Shown here one piece after another: positions 26,577 to 36,568 of a stretch of 64,000 nucleotides of DNA (position 1 is the first letter of the stretch; every line of letters begins with the position of its first letter). The notes under the pieces are model-generated. The model was not told where the DNA came from, made no database searches, and saw nothing but the letters and a program-made list of their open reading frames with translations. The stretch lies in the IMG/VR virus record IMGVR_UViG_3300034062_005355; one strand, 5' to 3'. The position numbers and the translations under genes were made by a program. Source of the stretch: a virus. Lineage: Duplodnaviria > Caudoviricetes.

Positions 26577-27305
26577 ATGTATTACACAACAACAAGCGTG
26601 GGCAAACCGACAGCTCACATCACAAAGAAAAAGTCGCGTCTTAAAGTCTACAACGGTAACACCGTTTTCCTTGGAGATAAGGATAATTTTGAATTTGAAA
26701 TTCATAACCCGACACAAAAATCAGTTCTCTGTAAAATTAAATTGAATGGTGAATACATCTCCACAGGTGGTGTTGTTATTAAACCAGGTCAAAGAGTGTT
26801 TTTAGAACGTTTCCTTGACACTAACAACAAGTTTGAGTTCAGTACCTACGAAGTAAAAGATACGTCGGCAAACAGGACGGCAATCGATTTAAATGGGGAC
26901 GTAAGGATTGAGTTCTATAATGAACAAACATATCAACCAAGTTATGGGTCAACATTATTTGTTGGTGGTAGTTTAAATACTACTATTAGTAGAGGTGTTC
27001 CCAATTATGGTGATATGACATTTACAACATCAACTTCCGCTCCAATGGCGTATTATTCTAACACGTTATCCGTTAGTAATAACATTGAAACGGGAAGAGT
27101 TGAAAAAGGTGAAAAATCAAAACAAGAATTTACTAATTCGTATCAAAATTTTGAATATAACGCATCTCGTCAAATTATTTTCAAGATATTACCATTGGGG
27201 GTTAAAAATAAAACTACAGAAGATATTAAACACTATTGTACCGAGTGTGGTACCAAGACGAAATCAAAATATAAATTTTGTCCGTCTTGTGGAAATAAGT
27301 TATAA
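26577..27305 (+). CDS. Hypothetical protein with C-terminal zinc ribbon
   Basis: C-terminal YCTECG...KFCPSCG. Confidence 0.8.
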   Translation: MYYTTTSVGKPTAHITKKKSRLKVYNGNTVFLGDKDNFEFEIHNPTQKSVLCKIKLNGEYISTGGVVIKPGQRVFLERFLDTNNKFEFSTYEVKDTSANRTAIDLNGDVRIEFYNEQTYQPSYGSTLFVGGSLNTTISRGVPNYGDMTFTTSTSAPMAYYSNTLSVSNNIETGRVEKGEKSKQEFTNSYQNFEYNASRQIIFKILPLGVKNKTTEDIKHYCTECGTKTKSKYKFCPSCGNKL

Positions 27306-27307
27306 AT

Positions 27308-27337
27308 AAAAAGGAGTCCCGTGAGACTCCTTTTTTT
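27308..27337. terminator. Bidirectional terminator
   Basis: aaaaaggagtc-ccgtga-gactcctttttt between convergent genes. Confidence 0.85.
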
Positions 27338-27542
27338 ATTTTAACGTTCTAAGTGATTTAGAAATAATTTCTGATTCAGTTAAAGAATACAAACCATTTC
27401 TGTATGCCATTTGAACTGCTCTAATTAACATAAATTTTGATTGGTCTTCACTTAAATTATCAATCAAATTATCAATGTCTTCAGGTTTGTATATTGCTAC
27501 TTCTTCAAATAGATGTAAAATTGGTTGCTTCTGTTGTTCCAT
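27336..27542 (-). CDS. Hypothetical protein
   Basis: 68-aa ORF. Confidence 0.7.
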   Translation of the reverse strand: MEQQKQPILHLFEEVAIYKPEDIDNLIDNLSEDQSKFMLIRAVQMAYRNGLYSLTESEIISKSLRTLK

Positions 27543-27575
27543 AATCTGTTATCCGTATATTTATAGTATAAGTAT

Positions 27576-28268
27576 ATGAAAAAAAATAGAATAAGTGAAG
27601 CAACTGGTTCATCAAATGCGGGAGCGTTTAAAGTACCAATAGTTTTATCTCCACAACCTTGGAAAGAAAATCAAATTGCGCCATTCACAGATTCTGTATA
27701 TAATTACGATAATGCCGAATTAGCTTATCAAGAAGCTGATGGTGATTTTAAAGAAACTCCTGAAGAAAGATCAAGGATTGAAAAGAAAACGGATATTATG
27801 GCTAAAGTTAATGAGTATTTAAAAAGTTTTTATACTGGTCAAAATGATGAGGATGGAGGTGTTCTTGGTGACATTGAAGACCCTGAAAAAATTATACAAC
27901 AAGCTGTGGGTCCACTAAAAGAAGATTTGGCTGTTTGGTTTGGAACAAAGAAAAAACCAAAAGGTAGTAAACAACCTAGTGGTCCTTGGGTTAATATTTG
28001 TAGAAAAAAAGAAGGTGGTGGTCATCCACCGTGTGGTAGACCTGAGGCAGATTCTAAAGGTTATCCTAAATGTAGAGCCGCAGGTGTTGCTTCCAAAATG
28101 ACAGACGCTCAAAAAAAATCAGCATGCTCTCAAAAAAGAAGAGAAGAGAAAAAAGACCCTAAAGTTGGTAAAGGTAATAAACCAACCATGGTCTCATACA
28201 AACCAAAAAATGAATCTTTAAGAGAAACTATCACAACAATACTTAACGAATACAAAAAATCTATTTAA
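27576..28268 (+). CDS. Hypothetical virion-type protein with a basic Cys module
   Basis: WFGTKK...WVNIC...CGRPEADSKGYPKCR; TATTTATA at 27558-27565. Confidence 0.8.
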   Translation: MKKNRISEATGSSNAGAFKVPIVLSPQPWKENQIAPFTDSVYNYDNAELAYQEADGDFKETPEERSRIEKKTDIMAKVNEYLKSFYTGQNDEDGGVLGDIEDPEKIIQQAVGPLKEDLAVWFGTKKKPKGSKQPSGPWVNICRKKEGGGHPPCGRPEADSKGYPKCRAAGVASKMTDAQKKSACSQKRREEKKDPKVGKGNKPTMVSYKPKNESLRETITTILNEYKKSI

Positions 28269-28590
28269 TAGAATCTGTTGTATTTTTTGTCGCTGAAATT
28301 ACCGTATCTTTCTCAGTTAAAACTTTTGGTGATATTTTTGGTTTTATCACACTAATATTTTTAGGACTTTCGTTATTTTTAATGACAGGTCTGTCAATAT
28401 AAACAGTATCGTGAATAATTTGTTTTTCAGGTTTAATCTCATGGGTGATAATTTCGATCTTATCATTTTTAAATTTCGGGGATACATAACGATATAGATT
28501 AATAAACACTAATGTTATTACTGAAATGGTTAAGGTTAGAACTATCAATCCCAAATAAAAAGTTTTATTGAATGAGTTATTATTTTTCAT
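28261..28590 (-). CDS. Single-pass membrane protein
   Basis: N-terminal TM helix FYLGLIVLTLTISVITLVFINLY. Confidence 0.75.
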   Translation of the reverse strand: MKNNNSFNKTFYLGLIVLTLTISVITLVFINLYRYVSPKFKNDKIEIITHEIKPEKQIIHDTVYIDRPVIKNNESPKNISVIKPKISPKVLTEKDTVISATKNTTDSIK

Positions 28591-28991
28591 TAAATATTTT
28601 TTAAAATGTTTTGTAATGAGTGTTTTATGTTTGAAGTAATCTCTTTTTCAAATGATTCTCTACGTTTTTCAACCTCAGTGTCAAACACTAAAGTAATACT
28701 ATTCCAAAGTTTTTGTTCTAAAAACACAGTATAGGAATATACATGATTAATAACTTTTACTGAACTATTCTCAAGAATTACGAATATTTGTAATTCCTCA
28801 TTTCTAATGTATCTTTTATTTGAAATTGGAGTTAATAAAAGCACTGTGTCTTCTTTTGATATTAATTTTTTACAAATTGCAATACAATCTCTTTCATATT
28901 CAGATTTTTCAACAGTTGGGGTTGAGTATCTGACTAATGAGATAAACCATTTTTGAACTAGTCGTCTTAATTTATGTAGATGTGAATTCAT
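28590..28991 (-). CDS. Hypothetical protein (likely start MNSHL at 28991)
   Basis: TTG-N20-TATCTTTG promoter at 29016-29046 lies just upstream of this ATG. Confidence 0.7.
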   Translation of the reverse strand: MNSHLHKLRRLVQKWFISLVRYSTPTVEKSEYERDCIAICKKLISKEDTVLLLTPISNKRYIRNEELQIFVILENSSVKVINHVYSYTVFLEQKLWNSITLVFDTEVEKRRESFEKEITSNIKHSLQNILKNI

Positions 28992-29028
28992 TGTTGTTGG
29001 ATTAATATAACACAACAAAGATAGTAAA

Positions 29029-29517
29029 TTACTTCTCATTAAACAATAACAATAAAAAATTTTTCCATGTCTCAACGTCATTTTCATTTCTACCTATATT
29101 TGCAGAATAACAAGTTAAAACTACATTATTTTTTGTATACCCTTTATTTCTATCTATTCTGTCTAATGATGGTTGTTGTGGATGTTTTGAACAATTTGAG
29201 GGTATTAATGGGACATTAAACCAATAACATAGTCCATTTTGTTTTTCATACATTTCATTAATATCTTTAACAGTTAAAGTATGTTCTTCATTTCTTTTAC
29301 TATCGTTTATTAATGTATTTTGCCATAATCTAACTCGTCTTTCTTTTTGTTTAATCCCTTCAGATTTTCTGAAATCTAAATTTTTTCTTTTTTCTCTTTT
29401 ATATTCTCTAGTTATGTTTAAAGTACATTCTTTACATTTTAATGCTCTTTGTGATTTATAAAAATCTTCCTCAGTTTTTGTTTCTCCGCAAATTTTACAT
29501 GTTTTTTGTATTCCCAT
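29029..29517 (-). CDS. HNH-type (homing) endonuclease with N-terminal Zn finger
   Basis: CKICG...CKEC; GLCYW...PSLDRIDRNKGYTKNNVVLTCYSANIGRN; TATTTATA upstream of ATG 29517. Confidence 0.8.
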   Translation of the reverse strand: MGIQKTCKICGETKTEEDFYKSQRALKCKECTLNITREYKREKRKNLDFRKSEGIKQKERRVRLWQNTLINDSKRNEEHTLTVKDINEMYEKQNGLCYWFNVPLIPSNCSKHPQQPSLDRIDRNKGYTKNNVVLTCYSANIGRNENDVETWKNFLLLLFNEK

Positions 29518-29551
29518 AGATATAAATATATGGATATAATTAAAGTGCATA

Positions 29552-29580
29552 AAAAAAGGTTAAATATTTAACCTTTTTTT
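29552..29580. terminator. Bidirectional terminator-like hairpin
   Basis: aaaaaaggttaaa-ta-tttaacctttttt. Confidence 0.65.
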
Positions 29581-29585
29581 ATGTA

Positions 29586-30053
29586 TTAACAATAAGCTCC
29601 TGAACAATGTTTTTTACCGTCCAACCCTTTAATTTTTCCTTTACAAACTTGAACGGCGTGACCATTACTATATGCACTAGGGTAGACATCGTACTTAGCC
29701 TTTGCGGACGCTTTACCTCTAGCACATAAAGGTGTACCTGTTTTTTTTCTACCTTCAGTCATTTCTTCATAATCCACATATTGTGATTCCTTATCCATTT
29801 CATTTTTTAAGAAATCAAATACTTGGTCCATATTTGTTTTTGCTTCTGAGATGTGGTCATCAGCCCAATCATGACCATTTTGAATAATATCATCAATCAT
29901 GTTAGGGTCCATTTCCATAATCATTTCAATTTGTCTTTTCATTTGCTTTAAATTAGAAAAGAACATATAGTTTGCATTTTCAACTTCTTGTTCAGATAAT
30001 ACTCTTGTAACTAATCTTGTGATATCTGATTCTGTTAATTTAACTGTTTTCAT
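29586..30053 (-). CDS. Hypothetical virion-type protein with C-terminal YPSAY Cys module
   Basis: MKTVKLTESDITRLV; LCARGKASAKAKYDVYPSAYSNGHAVQVCKG. Confidence 0.8.
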   Translation of the reverse strand: MKTVKLTESDITRLVTRVLSEQEVENANYMFFSNLKQMKRQIEMIMEMDPNMIDDIIQNGHDWADDHISEAKTNMDQVFDFLKNEMDKESQYVDYEEMTEGRKKTGTPLCARGKASAKAKYDVYPSAYSNGHAVQVCKGKIKGLDGKKHCSGAYC

Positions 30054-31573
30054 TATATTGTAGGATAATTTTGTTTTTTATTTACTATGTTAAAGGTTAA
30101 TTGTTTCTTATAAGTATCTTTCTCACCAGAAGTATTCACTTGAATATCAACATAATATTGATTAGGTATTTTATCTCTCATATCAAATATAAAGTAATAC
30201 TCGTTTGGTGTTCTATTAATTGGAGTCCAATCTTGAACTAATACTTCAGTTGTTCCTTCTCTAACATAAACTCTATAGAATGCTGAAATATCTTGTAATA
30301 AAACTTGACCAGTGTATGCCTTTTTAATTGTAACCCCAACTTTTCTGATATCTGAATTTAGTATTTTTTCATCTTGTAATATACCGTAAAAATTAAATCC
30401 ATATATCTCAGGTTCTTTTGAAGTTGAACCTATGTGAATGCCAGCACTATACTGTTGTAATGTAAATTGATTTGTAACATTTGGTAATGGCTGTCCATTA
30501 ATTGTTAAACCTGACCATATATCGTAATATTGACATGGTGTTGGTGAACCTGAAAACCCATTTGGAACGATTACCTCATAGATTCCCTTTGTTCTTAAAC
30601 AAGTTGATAATGTTGCCATACCCGCAACCGCATCACCGTTTCGGTCTTCAATTCTAACAACAGGGTTTGAATCTAAGTTTTTATAGTCACCATTTTGATA
30701 AACATACAAATAGAGTTTGTTTTCTTGACTCTTCAAAAATAAAGTTCTATTGTCTTTAATTAAATCGTCATATGTTGTTTGAAGGAATGGTTGATAAAAT
30801 GTTTGAGTATGTCTTGAAAAGAATGCAACACTATAACTGTCAGTTAAACCTGTAATGTTTTCAATTTGTGGTAGATATGCAACACCCCAACCTGTAACTC
30901 CAGTTATTGTACCATTTAATATACCATTTATTTCATTGGTCATGTCCATGTTAATATTTTCATTTCCAAGTTCAAAATGTTGTCTTGCAACAATAGTCAG
31001 ACCTGAGAAATTTACGGAACCTTCATTTTTGTTATCATATACACCTGGTTGAGACCAAGTGTCAAGAGTAGTAGTTTGGTACCAATTTGATGGTCGAGTT
31101 GAGAACGCTCTACTATCAACATAAGTAATTGGTGTAGAACCACCATTAGGACTATTTTGATTAAGATTAGAATCGTTATAATCAAATCCAACACCTTCAT
31201 CCCAATCTTGTGGGTTTCCTGTACTACCTGATGTTTTTGGTATTCTAAATAATATTAAATCAAATGAAGTTGCTCTTCTTCTTTCATTTGACATGAATGT
31301 GTTTAACAGTTCATTATCAAATGATGACGTATTTGTCATACTAAGAACGTGAGTCATTCCTGTTGTACATCCTGTTGATATTACGCCTGACGTAATGTTT
31401 TCCCTCAATAATTCTAAATCCAAATTAAATAGTAATCTACTATAACCATAATTTGGAACAATGAAATCAGATGAACCAAAATTTAACTCAATAATGGGGT
31501 TTCTACCAGTATTGACGTATGAGTTTGATTGAATGGTATTATTCTTATCTACGTATGACCTTAAAATTGACAT
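30053..31573 (-). CDS. Hypothetical structural protein (beta-rich; tail/baseplate region)
   Basis: 506-aa ORF, T/N/S-rich; TATTTATA upstream. Confidence 0.7.
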   Translation of the reverse strand: MSILRSYVDKNNTIQSNSYVNTGRNPIIELNFGSSDFIVPNYGYSRLLFNLDLELLRENITSGVISTGCTTGMTHVLSMTNTSSFDNELLNTFMSNERRRATSFDLILFRIPKTSGSTGNPQDWDEGVGFDYNDSNLNQNSPNGGSTPITYVDSRAFSTRPSNWYQTTTLDTWSQPGVYDNKNEGSVNFSGLTIVARQHFELGNENINMDMTNEINGILNGTITGVTGWGVAYLPQIENITGLTDSYSVAFFSRHTQTFYQPFLQTTYDDLIKDNRTLFLKSQENKLYLYVYQNGDYKNLDSNPVVRIEDRNGDAVAGMATLSTCLRTKGIYEVIVPNGFSGSPTPCQYYDIWSGLTINGQPLPNVTNQFTLQQYSAGIHIGSTSKEPEIYGFNFYGILQDEKILNSDIRKVGVTIKKAYTGQVLLQDISAFYRVYVREGTTEVLVQDWTPINRTPNEYYFIFDMRDKIPNQYYVDIQVNTSGEKDTYKKQLTFNIVNKKQNYPTI

Positions 31574-31592
31574 TAATTTTTATTTATAAATA

Positions 31593-33131
31593 TCAATTAA
31601 GTCGGATATTGTTATTAAGAATTTTTGTATACGCATTTTGAAGTTCAGTTAACATATCTGGAATGTTTGACCCATCTTGAGTTACCGATACTGGAGGTAA
31701 TCCTGGATACGCGTGAGTGTGTGTGGTTAAGAATCTAACAATCATATTAATTAACTCTAATAACTCTTCACCTCTAACTAAACTTGAAGTTTTTGGGGTT
31801 ATTTCGTCAACAAATTGATCTAACGAAATACCATATAATGTATTATCAAAATTAATCTTACCTTTTCCAGGTATTGATGAGTTATGGGATAACAAGAATA
31901 AATAATCACTAGCTATTGCACCATAAGTTGTTGGGTCCGCATAATATGCTGATTGAGGTACGGTAGTTGATGTTGTATTTAATGGAGTACCAACCATATC
32001 TTTGGCGTAAATTAAACCATAACCACCAACCCTAAGTGCTGGTTTTAATTTTATTTGGTTGTAAATATCGGTTACGTTTTTTATTGACGCATCTGAATTT
32101 TCGGTTGTACCTGAAGTAGGTACAGATGATTTCATGATTGAGTAAGTTAAATTATTTGGTCTATAAAAAATTGGAAACTTATTGTTAGAATCTGTGAATA
32201 ATTGAATTCCTGATTTTGTAACATTTGAATTATTACAAGTTTGAATAAAATTATTAATAAATGCTATAACTTCAGTTTTAGATAATAAACTAAATGATTC
32301 TGAGGCAATTAATGATTTTAAATTTTCTTTTACAACAGTATCGACTGTTAAGTTTTTAGAATTTGTAGATAAATCACTTTTTAATTTATACAGATAAACA
32401 GCACCTGCAAATTTTTCTTGAGTATTTTCAGGATTAGTTATAACCCATTCAATTAAATAATTAACTTGAACCACAACTTCATTAAGTTGAGTTATTATTT
32501 TATCAGGTTGTTTTTGTTTTCTTAATCCAAATCTTGATAGTTGTAAAAATCCTCTTTTAGGGTTACCTACTGGTGGTATATTTGGTTCAAGAGATGAACC
32601 CCTAAATTTACCCGCCCTTAATAATACTTCATCTTGTTTTATAATTAAATCGGCACTACCACGGCCTAAAATACCATTATCCCCTGGTTCAGGGAATACT
32701 CCTCTGTGAACCGCTTGGTCTGTAAAAGTACCGTCTTGATTTTTTAATGGTTTTGGTGCGGTTAATTGACTACCTGTTCCTGTAAATTTATTTCCACCAA
32801 CATAGTACTCAAACTTTGTTGTTGTCGGACTTGAAAAAGTACTTTGTATGTAATATTGATTTAAAAATTTAAAATCTTTATTAACATAAATTATCTGTGT
32901 TAATTCATCTATTAACGGAACTTGATACATAAAATACGGCATCAAAGGATTAAATACAAATGGGTCTCTTGCTGTCCATTTATCTTTTTCTTCGTTCCAT
33001 ATTGGGTCATTAATACTTTTTATAATATCATTGTAGTTGTCAATTAGTAACTTGGCTCTAATACGGCCCAACATCATCGGGTCTACATTATCAATTACTT
33101 GAGCTTGAAAAAATATTGAGTTATCTTCCAT
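31593..33131 (-). CDS. Baseplate hub/spike protein (gp5/VgrG-like)
   Basis: N-terminal AQVIDNVDPMMLGRIRAKL OB-fold signature; C-terminal THTHAYPG metal-binding tip motif. Confidence 0.65.
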   Translation of the reverse strand: MEDNSIFFQAQVIDNVDPMMLGRIRAKLLIDNYNDIIKSINDPIWNEEKDKWTARDPFVFNPLMPYFMYQVPLIDELTQIIYVNKDFKFLNQYYIQSTFSSPTTTKFEYYVGGNKFTGTGSQLTAPKPLKNQDGTFTDQAVHRGVFPEPGDNGILGRGSADLIIKQDEVLLRAGKFRGSSLEPNIPPVGNPKRGFLQLSRFGLRKQKQPDKIITQLNEVVVQVNYLIEWVITNPENTQEKFAGAVYLYKLKSDLSTNSKNLTVDTVVKENLKSLIASESFSLLSKTEVIAFINNFIQTCNNSNVTKSGIQLFTDSNNKFPIFYRPNNLTYSIMKSSVPTSGTTENSDASIKNVTDIYNQIKLKPALRVGGYGLIYAKDMVGTPLNTTSTTVPQSAYYADPTTYGAIASDYLFLLSHNSSIPGKGKINFDNTLYGISLDQFVDEITPKTSSLVRGEELLELINMIVRFLTTHTHAYPGLPPVSVTQDGSNIPDMLTELQNAYTKILNNNIRLN

Positions 33132-33333
33132 TGGTTCTTGATTGATATTCGTCTAATATTTTATTGTATAATTCTTCAACATTATCCAAATAAACGGTTA
33201 AATTAATTATGTTATTTTTAGTTAATTCAAAATCTGTGGTTAATTTATCCATATCATCAATTAACTTACTATTAGGGACATTTTTTATATCACCTAAATC
33301 TTTTAGTATTTCGTCAAATTCTTCTTTTTTCAT
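33121..33333 (-). CDS. Hypothetical coiled-coil protein
   Basis: 70-aa ORF overlapping neighbours. Confidence 0.7.
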   Translation of the reverse strand: MKKEEFDEILKDLGDIKNVPNSKLIDDMDKLTTDFELTKNNIINLTVYLDNVEELYNKILDEYQSRTNGR

Positions 33334-35429
33334 TATCTATTTTTTACAAAAACTCTAAATATACCAGGACCTGTAGTTATTACAACACCTTCTCCTTTAC
33401 TGTTTTCTGCGGCTTCTTTATCCGCACCTTTATGTGTCATTAAATTATAAATACCCATTAAATTTGGTGAACCATCAGGTAAAGTTCCTGTTGGAATACC
33501 AACCGACTGTAATAATTCAATTGTATTTATTGTCGATCTTTCAGGTGAAGTACCTGGTAAGAATTGTGTTAATAATAGTAAGGGCATTGGAATTGAACCA
33601 TCTGACCTACCAAATATTGTTTTTAACAATAATAATATATCAGTTATTAATGACTTACATTTTCTATAATCGTCGACTAATTGAGCTAATATTAAAAGAA
33701 TATTAACTAATCTTAATATTATTGCGTATTTTTTTAATCTCGCAGATTTTGAGATATCTGCAATTACTGAAGTAACAAGATTTAAAATATCTCTTTTTAA
33801 AATATCATACAAAGTTTTTAAAAAAATCGCACCTATTTTAGAAATAACTTCAATATTAAAACTTCTAAACGCAACCAAAAAATCTGTTGAATTATTAACA
33901 ATATTATTAACGCCACCAAGTGATGTATTACCTGATTGAACTATGTTATTCGCCGAAGTTATATTTTGATTATAGTTGTTTTTAGCGTCACCCTCAACAA
34001 CCTGTAATAAAGTAAAAATTGGTAATAACACTTTTGGACTAAGTATAGATGATGCAACCGCCAAAGGTATTTGATTTAATATTTCTTTATTTACCGCAAC
34101 CTCTAAATTAAAGTTTGTTGGTAAAAAGGCTTGCCAATCAGGGTTTTGATATATGGTATCTAAAATACTACTCATAGCATTTACCTGTCCATCTAAATTT
34201 AATGTGTCTGATACATCTCTAAATCTACCCAATTCATCGATTAATGTCTCATAATCAACAGGTAATTTAACGTTTTCACAATCTTCAAATTCCATAACAC
34301 CATTTTGAATGTTAGAGATCCTTATATCTATAGTTCTTAAATCAACTTCAGTTAATTCAAAGAAACTATCATCAACACCATCTAATTCCGCGACTTTTGA
34401 AATGCCACTAACATCTATTTCTCTTCTACTATCAAAACAAAGACCTAAAATCCTTTGAATAATTAATGAAAATTTAGTACCTTGTGATATTTCTTGAGCA
34501 CTTAAATTAGAATTAATGCTTATAGCTCCCGAAATAATATTCACTAAAGATTCCGCAACATCAACACTATCTATTAATTTTATCGTGGAATAATAATCTT
34601 TTAAAAACTCACCTACTTTATTTACAGGCTCACCTTCCGTTACACCAGCAGTTGTTAAACTGTTCGCTGGTTTATTAATTAGAGCCACTCTGTAACAATC
34701 TTGATTAACACCATACTGATTTGTTGGAGAATAAGCAAAATCAAATAAATCTAATCCAGAAGTTCCTTGGTAATATTTACCATATTCTTGGTAGTATGAA
34801 CGATTTAAATTTGAGTCCTCCATTCTAAGATTTAATTCCTTATTCATCGGGTATGGTAATGGACCTGAATAAGGTCTAAAAACACCAGATGTAACATTAG
34901 GTTCTGGCTTTTCATACGAAATTTTACCTAACTTACTATCGACAGGTGTTTTTAATAATGAACCTAAATCTATAGATTGTACGGGTACATATATCCCTTC
35001 ACCCGCAGGAAGTGTAGTTAGGGGATTTACCTGTAAATTTAGTTTATCGTAACCATTAAATGTTTGTTCTTGAGAGCAACCTAATGCCTTTATTGCTGCA
35101 TCACCGATTATTTGTTGAATTTGAGGCTCTATCTTTACAACGACTTCTAAAAGTTTTCTTTTTAAATAAACAAGAGAACTCAATCCGCTACCATTTGTAA
35201 TATTAATTAATTCTAAAAGTTGGTTAAAAGAAGTTGGTTGGTCCCTTAAATATCTTTTTTGTTGATTTGATATCTTATCTAAAGATGTGTTTAAGCTTGC
35301 GGTAGATTGTGCAAATGAATTTCCTGCAGAACGTTTTAATTGTTTTTCTCCAGCAGAAATCTCCTTATAAGTTTTGATTGAGTTTATTTGGCTTTTAGCA
35401 CTATCAAAACTCTGATTTAAATCCGCCAT
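33333..35429 (-). CDS. Large hypothetical protein (probably structural)
   Basis: 698-aa ORF. Confidence 0.8.
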   Translation of the reverse strand: MADLNQSFDSAKSQINSIKTYKEISAGEKQLKRSAGNSFAQSTASLNTSLDKISNQQKRYLRDQPTSFNQLLELINITNGSGLSSLVYLKRKLLEVVVKIEPQIQQIIGDAAIKALGCSQEQTFNGYDKLNLQVNPLTTLPAGEGIYVPVQSIDLGSLLKTPVDSKLGKISYEKPEPNVTSGVFRPYSGPLPYPMNKELNLRMEDSNLNRSYYQEYGKYYQGTSGLDLFDFAYSPTNQYGVNQDCYRVALINKPANSLTTAGVTEGEPVNKVGEFLKDYYSTIKLIDSVDVAESLVNIISGAISINSNLSAQEISQGTKFSLIIQRILGLCFDSRREIDVSGISKVAELDGVDDSFFELTEVDLRTIDIRISNIQNGVMEFEDCENVKLPVDYETLIDELGRFRDVSDTLNLDGQVNAMSSILDTIYQNPDWQAFLPTNFNLEVAVNKEILNQIPLAVASSILSPKVLLPIFTLLQVVEGDAKNNYNQNITSANNIVQSGNTSLGGVNNIVNNSTDFLVAFRSFNIEVISKIGAIFLKTLYDILKRDILNLVTSVIADISKSARLKKYAIILRLVNILLILAQLVDDYRKCKSLITDILLLLKTIFGRSDGSIPMPLLLLTQFLPGTSPERSTINTIELLQSVGIPTGTLPDGSPNLMGIYNLMTHKGADKEAAENSKGEGVVITTGPGIFRVFVKNR

Positions 35430-35434
35430 TATTA

Positions 35435-35803
35435 TTACCTCATTTTATAAGTTTCTTCATCATTAGAAACATCCTTATCAATTAAATTTTGAATAAGGTC
35501 ATCATCTAAATCTGCAAGAGAAAACGATTCGTTATTGTTGTTATTAGATTTTTCCCAAATACTTGATTGTAATTTAGATAGACTAATTTTTTTCTCAACG
35601 CAATCATTTACAATTTTTTGTTGTTTTTCAATTACTGGACCAATAGTCATCATGTCATTAGGGTCTTTTAACATTGAAAGCATTTTATTTTGAATCCTAA
35701 TTGCAGTTTGTCTTTGTTCTACAAGTTCATTATAGATTTCTTGCATTAAAGACAATATTGAATCTTTACTAAAATTAATTTCTTTACGTTGTGGTCTAGG
35801 CAT
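35435..35803 (-). CDS. Helical protein, possibly terminase small subunit
   Basis: 122-aa two-helix coiled-coil pattern reminiscent of T4 gp16; TATTTATA upstream; function call is weak. Confidence 0.35.
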   Translation of the reverse strand: MPRPQRKEINFSKDSILSLMQEIYNELVEQRQTAIRIQNKMLSMLKDPNDMMTIGPVIEKQQKIVNDCVEKKISLSKLQSSIWEKSNNNNNESFSLADLDDDLIQNLIDKDVSNDEETYKMR

Positions 35804-35818
35804 ATCTATAAATACTTT

Positions 35819-36568
35819 TTAATCGGTTTTCATTTTACTTTGAATGAAAATATACAACTTTTTGAATCTTTTCATTGAGCTACGAATTTCTTTTGTACTT
35901 AAATTTGTCATTTCTCTTAAAGACAAAAGAATAATATTTTTATTAAACTTATTATTATTAGCACCTGAGAATATGGATTCGTAATTATCGAATAAATCAA
36001 TTAATGCGTATCCTAATTTTTTTTCATTATCATTTAAATTTTCCCCCTCAATAAAATCCTTTAATTCTTTTAGATATTCTGTAATTATAATACTAGTGTC
36101 AACTACGTCGTCATCAATACGATACATCATATCAGGTCTTTCCTCAATACTTTCTGACATATCCTCATAAGAAACTTTTCTGTTAGTTTCTTTTTGGTCT
36201 TTTATTATTTGACCCATTAAGTAATTTTTACAAATAGTTCCAAAATAAGAATATGCTTTTTTTTCCTTTGAAGGTTTAAATTTGTCAACCTTGGTCATTA
36301 AGAATGAATGAGTATCACAATGGATTTCAGTAAAATCCATATCTTTACGATATAACTTATATCGTCTAATAATAGATGATATCATCTTATCTAAAGGACC
36401 TCTTAAGAATTCGTTATATATTTTGTTCTTCTCTTCTGAAGTTTCTGCCAATAAAAAATTTCTTACTGCGGTCTCTTCTCTAACATCAAAATAATTTATA
36501 TTTACCGTTTTCCTACCCCTTTTTTTAGATGAAACATCTTCTGTTGTTGCAGATAGAGTTTCTTGCAT
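35819..36568 (-). CDS. Phage sigma factor, T4 gp55-like
   Basis: Region-2-like LMTKVDKFKPSKEKKAYSYFGTICKNYL. Confidence 0.65.
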   Translation of the reverse strand: MQETLSATTEDVSSKKRGRKTVNINYFDVREETAVRNFLLAETSEEKNKIYNEFLRGPLDKMISSIIRRYKLYRKDMDFTEIHCDTHSFLMTKVDKFKPSKEKKAYSYFGTICKNYLMGQIIKDQKETNRKVSYEDMSESIEERPDMMYRIDDDVVDTSIIITEYLKELKDFIEGENLNDNEKKLGYALIDLFDNYESIFSGANNNKFNKNIILLSLREMTNLSTKEIRSSMKRFKKLYIFIQSKMKTD

